Assembly: GCA_002269645.1 (NCBI GenBank)
Contig: NIVC01003424.1
Coordinates: 34,271 to 98,270, forward strand
Source of the DNA: Macrostomum lignano
Taxonomy: Eukaryota
Reading direction: 5' to 3'
DNA length: 64,000 bases
In this document: piece after piece, positions 24,701 to 36,347 of the stretch
Layout of the letters: the number at the start of each line of letters is the position of its first letter
Numbering within the stretch: position 1 is the first letter of the stretch
Notes under the pieces: generated by a model
Told to the model about the DNA's origin: nothing
What the model saw: the letters and a program-made list of their open reading frames with translations, nothing else
The model's database searches: none
Made by a program: the position numbers and the translations under genes

Positions 24701-25036
24701 ATTGACACGTCAAAATTGTTTACGGAAAAAAATTACGAGTCAAATTAAGTCAAAAACTACAACAAATACCACAAACATTAGAAAATGTAATCGCTAAATT
24801 TAAGTAAAAATGTTTTGTTTTGGTTCATGAAACTAGCAAAATTAAAATAAATGGCTAGTCCAGATAAAAAACCTTCAAACTGTTTTAAAATAGCGCGTGA
24901 GTTCAGAAGTTTTCGTGTGTTCAAAATTCAATTATTGCTTAATTTATGAACATCATTCGGCCAGGCCCCTTAAACAACATTTTCAGCGTTTCCAATGCTA
25001 GGGTTTAGAGCGTACAAATCTTTAAAAAGTTCAAAG

Positions 25037-26409
25037 CATACATGCGCAACTGCTGGCCGACCTAGCCGTGGCCGATCCAGCCACTATAAATTGTGGTAGA
25101 CCAGGGGTAAGTCGCAAAAATGCCCACCGCCGTTTAAATCAAATTGCATTGATTTCGCTTTAGTGTTTCCCTTATAGGTAGGGTAAGTTGCATTTTTGTT
25201 CAAAAAATAAGTTGCATAGCCAATGTAAATCAATTGGCATTCCTTCGGTTTACGATCATTGAAATTAGTGACGATCCCCATTGGAGAGTCGGAGAGATAG
25301 GGAAGATACAAAAGTGTTGTTTATTTCTTCAACTTGCAAAACAGTTGACAAGCACTGCAATCCTTTTTATTTATACATCATAACACAAGTAGCACGCATG
25401 TTTGAATAAAAAAGAAGGTGGATTTTTAGTGATCCATTTCACCGCTCCAAGAATCCAAAGACGATCCTATATATCCACTTCGGTTTATGATCATTTAAAT
25501 GGGAGTAATACATGTAAATGATCGTGAACCAAAGCTAGCCATGTATTGAGATAGCTACAAGCTTTATCTGAAATCAAGCCCTATCTCGATACATGGCTAG
25601 CTTCGGTTCACAATCATTTACATGTATTACTCCCATTTAAATGATTGTAAACCGAAGCTGAGAGGGGGTGCCAGCGTGCAGAGAATAATAAAGTGTCAAG
25701 TTACTTAGCAGTGCACATTAACTCAAGACATTTTAATCGCCAACAAGTCCCACCAGTTGAACTAATAACTATGACTATACATGTCTTCAACACCCTCCCC
25801 TCAGCTTCGGTTCACAATCATTTACATGCATTGCTTCCATTTAAATGATCGTAAACCGAAGTGGATATATAGGATCCCGCGTCTTCTTAGATTCATTTTT
25901 TGGAAATTGAAATCATGCACTAACCCCCTTAACTGTCTCGATACATGGCTAGCTTCGGTTCACGATCATCTATATGTATTACTCCCATTTAAATGATTGT
26001 AAACCGAAGTGGATATATAGGATTGTCTTCTTGGATTCATTTTTGGAAATTGAATTCATGCACTAACCCTCTCAACTAGCTATCTCAATACATGGCTAGC
26101 TTTGGTTCACAATCATTTACATGTATTGTTTCCATTTAAATGATCGTAAACCAAAGTAGATATATAGGATCCTTGTCATTGCCATCGCAATGCCATGAAA
26201 GTAACCATTTGTTGGCTATTCTGTTCAGTTTTTCTAATAGGCCTATGTAACATATAAGCTTAGTTAGTTTAACAATTTTGTTTATTTCAAGTAAGCTACA
26301 ATCATTTATATGGAAAATTACATGGGGATGGGGATCGTGAACCGAAATGTACGTGGAAAAATGATCATAAACCAAAGGAATGCCAATCAATTAAGGGGTT
26401 GCCTGTATG
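25037..26409. mobile_element. hAT-type MITE family A (copy 2), split by a nested insertion
   Basis: Left TIR CATACATGCGCAAC at 25037, decayed right TIR GTTGCCTGTATG ending at 26409, TSD GTTCAAAG/GCTCAAAG (7/8). Confidence 0.8.
25236..26384. mobile_element. 1.15-kb non-autonomous TIR element with internal inverted subrepeats
   Basis: TIRs GGCATTCCTT(C/T)GGTTTA(C/T)GATCATT and its reverse complement, 8-bp direct repeat AATCAATT on both sides, and many internal TTCGGTTCACGATCATTTA / TAAATGATCGTAAACCGAA units. Confidence 0.85.
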
Positions 26410-26699
26410 GCTCAAAGCCAAAATATTTAAAAATTGGACCTGGGACAAGACATAGGCCTAACAAGCAAGGGGACTATTATGTATAGGCCTACTTAAGCTC
26501 ATAAGGTGGAGTCCCTATTGTCCCCTTGCTTCATTGCTTATTCTTTTCTATCAATCTAAAGTCTAATTTATGTAATCTTTTTTGCCAAATCTAGCTTCCT
26601 GGTGTCACTATGAACATAATGAATTATCATTTGACATTTGTATAATATAGGTTAATTCAGGCTCAACTTTTTAAAGCTTAAGTTGATACAATTGATAAG

Positions 26700-27342
26700 C
26701 CTAGGCCTTTTCTTATCTGTATCCTATGTAGGCAATGACAGTGCCTATTTGTCCGGTATTGCCATATCGGATGAATAAATTTAACTATTATTTGTCCAGT
26801 ACCAGATATAAAAGTAATCATAATTTTTTATGATTAGATGGTGCTGTTTCTCAGAAATTCTAGAACTTTAGGCAAAAAATACTTGGGCATAGTCTACACC
26901 TCATTGCCTGATCTAGCAGTTTTGTATAACTTTTACCTTTATTATATTTCATTCTATACATATCTGTATGTTTTGGTTTCACAGTAAACAGTAGTCATCG
27001 TACAATCAAAATTAATAATGACATTTGTTGCTTTATAACACAAATGTTAAAGTAAGGACTTTGAGTTATTACAATAACAATTGGAGTTCTTACAATAAAA
27101 AAGTGGAATCATCACTACAGATTTGAACTCAGTATTGACTGATCATCAAGAAGACACTCTAACATCACGCTAGTGTATTTTGCTAGAAAAGATGCGTAGA
27201 GTGGCATATAAATTCATGCAGCCCAGCTGGTATCAAACAAAAAACTTCACTATTATTTATCCGGTACCAGACAAATAATATTACTTTTATTTATCCAGTA
27301 CCAGACAAACAGTCATTGCCATATTGGCATATAAAAACCTAG
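26700..27342. mobile_element. Decayed MITE-like inverted repeat
   Basis: GGCAATGAC...ATTTGTCC(G/A)GTACCAGATA motifs at 26700-26815 are mirrored at 27248-27342. Confidence 0.5.
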
Positions 27343-29139
27343 AATAAAACAAAACATCATAAACAAAAACTGTTTGTTCAAACTGACATAATACAGCTAT
27401 GCTTAGGACCTATATTTTTTTGACTTTAATTCTTTGTTTTATTAAAACTAGTCTTTGAGCCCTTAAAAATGGCTATTTGGCCTCTGCTCTAAAATGCCAA
27501 TTATAGAATAATTAGAACAATTAGAATAACTATAGTCTATAACTTGCATAATTGAGTGACAAACAATAATAAATTTATATTATAACTTATATTTTTTATA
27601 TATATCAAAGACAATTTTGGTTATAGATAGTCAAGTTTAAATGTTTTTAACTATAAACACTATGATGTTTTAAATTGTTTTAATTGAAGTCCTATTATTT
27701 TCTTTTTAAAAATACCTCATAATATAAATTAAAAATGGTAAGCCTATAAAGTATAATAAAGACAATTAAAGTATTATATTGCAAAAGACGTATGATAACT
27801 GTTGGCCCAACAAGCAGTATAATGTCAATCAAATCAGAGATAAAAAGTATCTTTATTATTCTAGCAAAATTTTTGTTGCTTAACATAGACATAACATAGA
27901 CTTAACATAAATAGAAAACAAAGGAAAGCCCTAGGATTTTTTTTACTCTATTGGTCTTGGTCATTGGTGATAATAGTTAAGATCCTAGTCAAACTCAAAT
28001 TGTCAATTGGCATTTTGTCAATTAGGAAGCCATTGCCTCCTCAATATTGAGCCTAGGGAGAGATTTTAAATCAATATAGCCCTATTAGAATCATTATAGT
28101 CTATATATAATATAACTATATAATATCAATTTGAAAATATTTTATATTTTATTTAAAATTGATAGCATAGGCCTATTATTATGTTTATTGCCCTGCACCT
28201 AAGTCACAATCATATCAATTATTTATTATGAAATAAGAATATTATTTTATTATAATTTTATCAGCAGTTAATTACATGTATTCAACTGATCAATAATTAA
28301 AGTATAAGTTTTCATTCTTAATCATTAGAAAAGTAATGACACAATGGCACTAATTTTAAAATTCTTCTGTTTGAAAGGTGCAATCTGCCTTTTTGCATTA
28401 AAGTTCCATTGGTCAAGAAGGCTTTTTCTAATAAGTTTATCTGTTAAGTAATTTAAAAAACTAAAATGAAAATTCTTACAAGACTTTGTTTTCACTTGGG
28501 TTTAAAAAGATGCCATGCAATGCAAGGCAATAAACAAATTAATGAATTAATTTGGTGTTAGTCATTGCACTATTGTCGGTGGTTTCATTTACTCTTGCAT
28601 TTACCTTGGGTTATTGTCTGCCACTAAGCAGTCCCCTTCTCTTTGGTCAGCCTATTCTCCTGTCTTCTCCTTTTTCTCTGGGCTTTTGTTTATAGCCACA
28701 GGCATCTTTGTTATGGTATGCTTTTGGTTCATTCCATTTCTAAGGTCATGGCTAGTGGCCTATTTAGTAGTAGTAGTTCCTTTATTATGTGAGCTAATCA
28801 TATGGTAAGCCTTGTTTTCTTGGAGCCCAAAGTGCAGTAAACATGTTTACTGCATTTGTTGGCCTATGTTTATAGGGGAATCTTGTGTCCTAAGACCTTT
28901 GCCTTCTCTAAGTTTTTAAGGTGGGGGATGAAATCCATATACTAAAAATCTAGTATACTAAACATGAAAAATTTCTTAGTTGCTTGCTTGCTTGTATGTA
29001 GTCAATTATTTCCCAAATAGCTCAACCAATTTTTTGCAATTTCTTCACTATAAGATATCAAATATGCCTAAAACAATAATGTTATATCAAATAATACTTA
29101 AAATACCACTAATTGACAAAAATGTTGTCAACTATAGGG

Positions 29140-29840
29140 TAGAAAGGCTAGAGGCAAACTTAAGAGGGCAGAGAGGCAGACTCAAGGTGACAGAAAGGCA
29201 GACTCAAGAGGGCAGAGAGGTGAACTCAAGAGGGCAGAGACAGAGAGACAGACTCAAAGGAGCAAAGAGGTAGACAAGGAGGCAAAGAAGCAGACTCAAG
29301 GGGGCAGAGAGGGAGACTCAAGGGGATAAAGAGGCAGATTCAAGGGGGCAGAGAGGCAGACTCAAGGGGGCAGAAAGGCAGACTCAAGAGGGCAGAAAGG
29401 TGGACTCAAGAGGGCAGAGATAGAAAGACAGACTCAAGGGGGGCAGAGAGGTAGACAAGGGGCAAAGAGGTAGACAAGGGGGCAAAAAAGCAGACTCAAG
29501 GGGGCACAGAGGGAGACTCAAGGGGCAGAGGCAGACTTAAGGGGGCAGAAAGGCAGACTCAAGAGGGCAGAGAGGTAGATTCAAAGGGCAGAGACAAAGA
29601 GACAGACTCAAGGGGGCAGAGAGGTAGACAAGGGGGCAAAGAAGCAGGCTCAAGGGGGCAGAAAGGGAGACTCAAGGGGATAAAGAGGCAGATTCAAGGG
29701 GCAGAGAGGCAGACTTAAGGGGCAGAGAGGCAGACTCAAGGGGGCAGAGAGGCAGACTCAAGGGGGCAGAGAGGCAGACTCAAGGGGGCAGAGAGGCAGA
29801 CTCAAGGAGGCAGAGAGGCAGACTCAAGGGGGCAGAGAGA
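29140..29840. repeat. ~22-bp purine-rich minisatellite (GGCAGACTCAAGGGGGCAGAGA)
   Basis: About 30 copies, most regular at 29700-29840. Confidence 0.9.
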
Positions 29841-30513
29841 TGCAATGTAAATGATGGGTTTTCTATAAAAAAAACTTTCAATAAACTCAATCTAAGAGTT
29901 GCTAAGACTAAGACTTTGTCTATCTTATTCATGTTGTCAATTGTCATTAACTCTATCAAACTTAAAAAATTTAAGTGAATTGTTTGAAGCTGTAAAAGTT
30001 TGCATAATCAGGTTATTCACAAAACTGATAATATTATTATTTGTTAGTTAGACAGTCATGACATTAAGAAAAATAACATGCTTTAGCAACAGATCATCAT
30101 TAAAAGTAAGACAAATCTATGATAGTCATTTATATGCTTATTTAGTTCTTTTAAAAATTTGACACACAAACTAGTTTTTAGAAAAGAATGTTTTCAAACT
30201 AGTTAACTGGTTCTCAAAAAGGAATAATTTTTGCATCTTTACCCTTTACCATTGTTTCTATCAAGGGTTTCTCCAATTTCCAAACTTGTCATTATTGTTC
30301 TCTAAGCCTCTAAGTCTTCCATGTTAGTTCCAGTTGCCTTTTTAAGCTATTTATAATTTGCCTGACTAAACTCAGATGCCTAAGCCTAAATGAGGCTAAC
30401 ACAACCATCCATTGCGCCTGGTAAGATCTGTTGACTATGTAGAATGCCTTGCTTATTAATCTGCAAATCTGCAGAGTGCTGAGTTTGTTGACTTGTTTAT
30501 TTCATTCCTATAG

Positions 30514-30645
30514 GAGGCTTATCAAAGGCCAAGGCCTAAAGGAACTGTTAGCAGCACTACCTATGCTACTAAGAAGGCTTCTAGAGTTCTGATCAGATAG
30601 GATAGAGAGCCACTAAACCACTGTTAGACTGGTGGAGAAGCACAG
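30514..30645 (+). pseudogene. Exon-like relic resembling the hAT transposase dimerisation region
   Basis: Flanked by TTCCTATAG| and |GTACAT. One frame reads GLSKAKA*RNC*QHYLCY*EGF*SSDQIG*RATKPLLDWWRS, resembling the YL...PL.WW motif, with five TAA/TAG stops and no frameshift. Confidence 0.4.
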
Positions 30646-31556
30646 GTACATACTAGTTTTGGGCCCAATTATGTTTATTTTACATCAGATTTACAATAGT
30701 GTTTATTAAAAAAACTAAAATTTGTTTGTTATACAAAATGTTTGTCTATATTCTAATCCCAGGATTGCAATCCCTTCCATAGGGTAAATTGGGCATTCAA
30801 ATTTGAAAATGAAAATATGCATGATCCATTTGAAGGCTTAGTGGAAAGGCAAGAATTGCCTTTTTGTGAAAAAAAAAGATTGCAGGCACACAGTTTTAGC
30901 AGCTTGTGCTGCACTTACTCAGCCTCCACTGAAGCCCATTGGCTAGATTCATTGGTATATATTTTATTAGCTAAAGACTTTTAAAACCTTAATAATAAAA
31001 TTGATATATATTGTTAGGATTTTATATAGAAATTTCCCAGAATCCTGCTAGGTCTAGATCTCTAATTTAAATAGCAATGAAGTATAATACACTTATTAAT
31101 ATTTGTGATTTACTGAATCTTATAGCATTGTATAGAATGCCCAATGTAAAAAAAGATGGCCATATAGGATTTTTTCACCATTAGTAATAATTTCTTGTCT
31201 ACAATCTTTTATTTTATGATTTTTCAGTAAATTTTCAAGTATTTAAGTTCAAACACCTAAGATATTGTGAAAAAATGTAAGCTTGTCCATGCAAGGTGTT
31301 ACAATTTTTGTATGATTATCAAAAATCCAAAAAAACTTATGAAAAATTTTAATTCTGATTTTGATTCTAAAGTAACAGAAGATTAATTGGCCATTGACTG
31401 CAATCATAAGCTGGTAGTAGTCCAGGAGTAGATCCACCTAGTCTTGGAGAGCACTTTGGGAGATTCTCAAAAACAATTGCAATGTCTTCACAAATGCCTT
31501 CAACATTGTCTTCAGTGTTTTTAACCTCTTGACAGCCATTGAAAGTCATGCCCCAG

Positions 31557-31925
31557 CATGTGTCAGAAAGGTGGTGGGCCAGTGAGGCCATGCCCCCCCC
31601 CCCACTTGGGGGGCACACATAGTACCTGCCCCCACTTTTTAGCAACTTTTGATATATTTTTCTCCAAAAGGAGTGCTAAAATTGTTATAATTATCTGATC
31701 AATATAAATATTTTCTACTTTATGAGAGGTGGAGACTAAAATATGGATTGGATCGGGTCAGATTCAGGATCTGAAATCTGTAAGATCAGCCATTAATTGA
31801 TTATATCTAATGAGTAATGATCATATGCATCAGAATGGGAGGCATGACCCCCCACTTTTAAAGTGTGGGAGGGATTAATGGTGCCTGACCCCCCCCCCAC
31901 TTTTTTAAATGTTCCGACGCCTATG
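31557..31925. mobile_element. hAT-type MITE, family C
   Basis: Perfect 8-bp TSD TGCCCCAG (31549-31556, 31926-31933). Right TIR GTTCCGACGCCTATG, left TIR decayed to CATGTGTCAGAA. Confidence 0.88.
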
Positions 31926-32161
31926 TGCCCCAGCATGCAATCTTTAGCCAAAGGAATAGAAATTGGTCATACAGGTTCAGATTGGTACTGTAGAGGCTCT
32001 CGCAAATCACATTAACATAGTGCTCTTTCTGGTAAATCTGAAAGAGTTGTGCAACATGCAGTCAAGCATTGTCCATTTGCAAGCTGATCTCGCTTAGTCA
32101 GACTAGGCTAGGTTGGAGTGCAGAGTATGCCGCAGGTTCCAATTCACCAGAGGTAGCTCAC

Positions 32162-32458
32162 CATACATGCGCAACAGTCGGCCGAGTCGGCCGATCCGGC
32201 CGACCGATTTGGCGACCAACCAAGGAAGTCGCAAAAATGCCCACTCAAAAAACACCCTAGTAGTAGTACTAAGTAGCTTACGAAGCATTTTGGCTTAATA
32301 AGAGAGTCATAGTTACTCCTGCCGTTTACCCAAACTTGCGTTAATTTTGCTTTACGGTTTTTTTACATGCAAGTCGCATTTTTGGCCAAAAACTACGTCG
32401 CATTTTTGTTAAAACTAAGTCGCACGGCCGACCGAATTTTGGAGGTTGCGCATGTATG
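32162..32458. mobile_element. hAT-type MITE family A (copy 3)
   Basis: Perfect TIRs CATACATGCGCAAC / GTTGCGCATGTATG and 8-bp TSD TAGCTCAC. Confidence 0.92.
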
Positions 32459-33106
32459 TAGCTCACCATCTGAGGGTCTCTCTGAGGCAATGCAGTCACT
32501 GAGAATCGCTTCTTGACTGTAAAAATGACCATCAGCAGGGACTTCCGCTTCGTCATGGCATTCGGGCGCACGATCTGCTTACAGGGCTCTCCCCTCTCAA
32601 GCCAAGTCCTGTTGTCGGTCTTGATTCCGAGCATTCCAGGACACCTATGTCTAGAACATATAGTCTTGCACAGCGTACAGATCGTGTGGGGTACCCACAC
32701 CGCATAGCCACCTCAGCTGCAGGTCCTCTCGAAGGATGCGAAGTATTGTGCTATGGTCACTACTCAACTGCTCAGCTAGATCACGAAACGAAAGGTGGGG
32801 ATCCTCACACACTATCTCCTTCACCTTCATTGCCAGCTCACCTGTCCTTGAGCCTGAAGACACTCAAGGGTTTTGAGCCTGGCTCTAAGTGAGTTTTTGT
32901 CGTAGCGAGCCAGTTTTTTGGAAGCAAGTTTGTTCCAAAGTATTTATCGGTATCTGCCTAATTTCTGAAGCTAATATTTGCCCTTCTAGCAAATATTAGC
33001 AGAATCTAAAGGTTACTAGGACCGGATTCACGCGAGTGACTAACCAGAGAAGTGTGAGAAAAAGGGTACAAGTCAATAACAAATAATAAACCCAGACCTG
33101 GGGCAG

Positions 33107-33241
33107 ATGGCCCCGCCAGCTAATCCACAAAACCACCCACTTGGCCAGCCAATCAAAACTCCACCTGGGGGTGGTTGTAGCACCCGCGCCAAAGCCGGTC
33201 CGGCCGCAGCCAACCAGCAAGGGCACATGCACTACAGAAGA
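33107..33241 (+). CDS. Possible first coding exon of the zinc-finger gene
   Basis: ATG GCC CCG...; GC-rich; donor AGA|GTAGGT. Joining to the next exon needs a 17-nt mini-exon (33458-33474, weak donor) or another path, so the structure is uncertain. Confidence 0.3.
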
Positions 33242-33596
33242 GTAGGTCAATCAGAAAAGCTTTTTAATATGTTGTCTCTATTTTGCTCAAAAGCATAGTC
33301 TGACAATTGATACCCTTATGATAATGATGCTGATAATTAAAGTCAAAGAATTAAGAAAAGTTTTAGGTGTATTTTTATGAATACATATTCTACATTATTT
33401 ACTGAATCTTGTAATATCACACACTGATAATATATATTGTTAAATGCTCTGTTCCAGAACCGCTGGATGCTACAGTGAACAGTTCCTGAATTTTCATTTA
33501 AAATATACTATCAGAAGAGCGTTGCAGAGACTGAATTATATTGATCAATACTGTTAAAAGCAGCACGGATACTCAATAGAAACACTTAATTCTCAG

Positions 33597-33870
33597 AAGC
33601 AAGACCAGAGGAGCCACTGCAATGCTACCAGCCCTTGATCCTTTGCATATCCTTGCTCTGCACTGCAACCAGTGTCCTTTTCTAACCCTTAGCGTGGCCC
33701 GGCTATTTGAACACTGCATGAGCCACAAGGATTCCAGCGACTGCACACTGCTGCAATGCCAACAGTGCGGCATTGTTGCCACCCACCGGGGCATACTGGA
33801 AGAGCACACCCAGGCCTGGCATCCATCTGCGCCACTCTCTGTCAGGCAGATTTCCACTACTACTGTACAG
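33597..33870 (+). CDS. Zinc-finger protein exon with two C2H2 fingers
   Basis: Acceptor TTCTCAG|. CNQC-x12-HCMSH and CQQC-x12-HTQAWH. Donor CAG|GTATGC, phase 0. Confidence 0.8.
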
Positions 33871-34244
33871 GTATGCGGTAGCTTAATGAATAAATCCAAG
33901 TTAAACATTTTTAATGAAAAGCTTCGTTCTCATCGATTAGTATTGGTTTATAAAGACCTTTTGGTAGACTTACTAAAGGAATGGAAACTTGCACTCGCAG
34001 CGCCACAATAGATTCGCGTGCACCTTAAACTCTTGGCACATAATAGCAATCTCATTTTGAAAAGATCATAATTACAAAGCTTTAAACTTTTAAAAAACGA
34101 AGTCCTGAACTTTCGTAGTGCTGCCGATAAACAAAGTACGTCATTGCATTGGACTATAACGTGGGTGGCAGCTTAGAGATATTTATTAAATTTTAAATAA
34201 TATTTCAATGTCTCCACTGTAACGATACCGCATTTGATAAACAG

Positions 34245-34841
34245 GCCGCCGGCTCCACCAACGGCCGGTTGCAGTTTCCGCGCTACGGCTGCCAGTTTTG
34301 CAGCTTTCGCAATGACGACCATGTCAAGGTGAGCCGGCACTACCTGTCCGTGCACAACATCACCAACGTGGATTTGCACGCCAAGGCGGCCGCTGTTGAT
34401 GGCTTTGGTGAAGACTTCGCCCAGCAACAGCAGAACCATAGCCTGTGTAATCAGCAGTCACCACGACTGCAGCAGCGCAAGCAGCAGCAACAGGAGTCTT
34501 CGCCACTGCCAGCAGCCTCCGTGCAGCTCGTACAGCTCTCCACCTCTGCACCTTGTATGTCATCAGCTCCGACTTCGGCAGCTGCCGCTTCCACCTCACC
34601 TCTGTCGGCGATTCTCCCAACAGTGACCTTGATTCGGCAGCCGCAGCAGCAGCAACAGCAGCAGTTTTTGTTACAATCTGGCTCCATGTCGGCGGCGGGG
34701 TCTTCAGCAACTGCGACTGCTCGCTCGGCGTCCGATGATAGCGGATACGAGGCGGAGCCCCAGCTGCCGCTGCTGCCTGGCATTGGCAAAGTGGAGATTC
34801 TGGACGATTCTGAGCCAACAGCATCTGGCGAAGAGGACTTG
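34245..34841 (+). CDS. Zinc-finger protein exon: C2H2 finger plus Gln/Ser/Ala-rich region
   Basis: Acceptor AAACAG|GCC in frame. CQFC-x12-HYLSVH and poly-Q. Donor TTG|GTGAGT, phase 0. Confidence 0.85.
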
Positions 34842-35260
34842 GTGAGTTAATGAGCATGTGTTCATTGACTCATTGGTCAATGATTATCAATGATGATTGG
34901 TGAGTTGTGTTATGAACATGTGTTCATTGACTCATTGGTCAATGATTATCAATGATGATTGGTGAGTTGTGTTATGAACATGTGTTCATTGACTCATTGG
35001 TCAATGATTATCAATGATGATTGGTGAGTTGTGTTATGAACATGTGTTCATTGACTCATTGGTCAATGATTATCAATGATGATTGGTGAGTTGTGTTATG
35101 AACATGTGTTCATTGACTCATTGGTCAATGATTATCAATGATGATTGGTGAGTTGTGTTATGAACATGTGTTCATTGACTCATTGGTCAATAATTATCAA
35201 TGATGATTGGTGAGTTGTGTTATGAACATGTGTTCATTGACTCATTGGTGAGTCAATGAA
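34839..35260. repeat. 62-bp tandem array starting at the splice donor
   Basis: Unit GAACATGTGTTCATTGACTCATTGGTCAATGATTATCAATGATGATTGGTGAGTTGTGTTAT, ~6.5 near-identical copies, no spacers. Confidence 0.95.
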
Positions 35261-36287
35261 CTGACTGTATGGTGAGTGTAAAAGAATGTATCGTGAGCAT
35301 TTGAATTTGCAGTTGTCCTTTATTGCGTTTTTCGTAACCCGAATCGCTTTTCATCCAAGCTACAGTTCAGTCTGTTTACCTTCAAGTAGAGAAACAGACC
35401 CTGTTGGGTTGGGTATTGGCTTAGTTGCAAGGGTGGCTGTAGCCCCTGAGTGCGTTTTCCCTAGCTTTTGTCCCAGCCCAACCTTACCCATTCTCACATC
35501 CCGTACTCACCGCATTTTTGTCCCTTTCCACTCCCTTCGCTCTCGCCTTTGCTCACCTTACTCCAACCCCCTGAGTTTCCGGCCCCCTTAGCGCCACCAC
35601 GGTCGGGGTGGCCTGTAAACTGTTCGCAAGCCTAGCGGGGTGGCTTTTCTCCCATTCCACCCCGGAATCATTTGCCTCTCAGCTCCTGGTCCCCTTCGTC
35701 CCCTTCGTGTTGCCCAGCCTCGACGACCTCCCATTTTTCTTTCCAACCTCGGGACTGGATATATATGACGCTCTCCCGGACAGGAGACAGGAGAGGGGGA
35801 CAGGAGAACGTAGGATAGTGAGGGTCCCCGTAGCTCTGTTAGCTCCCCTTCCGCCTCGTCCCCGCTGCATTCCCTTTTCTCCCCTTTCTCCCCTGTGCGG
35901 CCCTTTTTTTAATGCTTTGCCCCAGGACGCTAGGCAAACAACAAGTAGTTGGGTTTGGGAGAAAACAGAAGTGTTGGGTTTGGGACCCTACACTAAATGA
36001 AAAATTTGTGCCATTCCTCACCGAGAGAACTGTATTGGGACTCCTGTTACATTGGTATGGCTAGATATATATATTGTTGGTTGGGTGGCTTGAACAAACT
36101 TGGAAACCGCGCCTTGCTGCTATAAGGGATTTTGTATGTCGGTAATCTGGGACTGGGATGCTTAAGGCAAATGTTACACTGCTTTTCCTTATTTTTTACT
36201 GCTCATCCTGGGTGAAGTGCGGTGTGTATAGACTACTTGTACATACTGATATTCCAGTTGTCTTTCTAAACAACTGGAATAATATTA

Positions 36288-36347
36288 ATGTATTGTAATT
36301 GTAATGTATTGTAATTGTAATGTATTGTAATTGTAATGTATTGTAAC
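36288..36347. repeat. 16-bp tandem repeat (ATGTATTGTAATTGTA), possibly a LINE 3' tail on the minus strand
   Basis: About 4 copies visible. The tail interpretation is inference. Confidence 0.7.

Larger units (their letters stand above)
31400..32870 (-). pseudogene. Mariner (Tc1/mariner) transposase relic interrupted by two MITEs
   Basis: Minus strand: IVCEDPHLSFRDLAEQL...TILRILREDLQLR (HTH), WVPH, W..RGEP.K...R.....K.LLMVIF, QMDNA, and D.FLF.WLK...G..F....EVK, across frameshifts. Confidence 0.85.

Noticed and set aside
27110-27185. tRNA gene (also 22425-22495 and 6545-6617)
   Set aside because: Only degraded A/B boxes, no full cloverleaf; treated as SINE heads.
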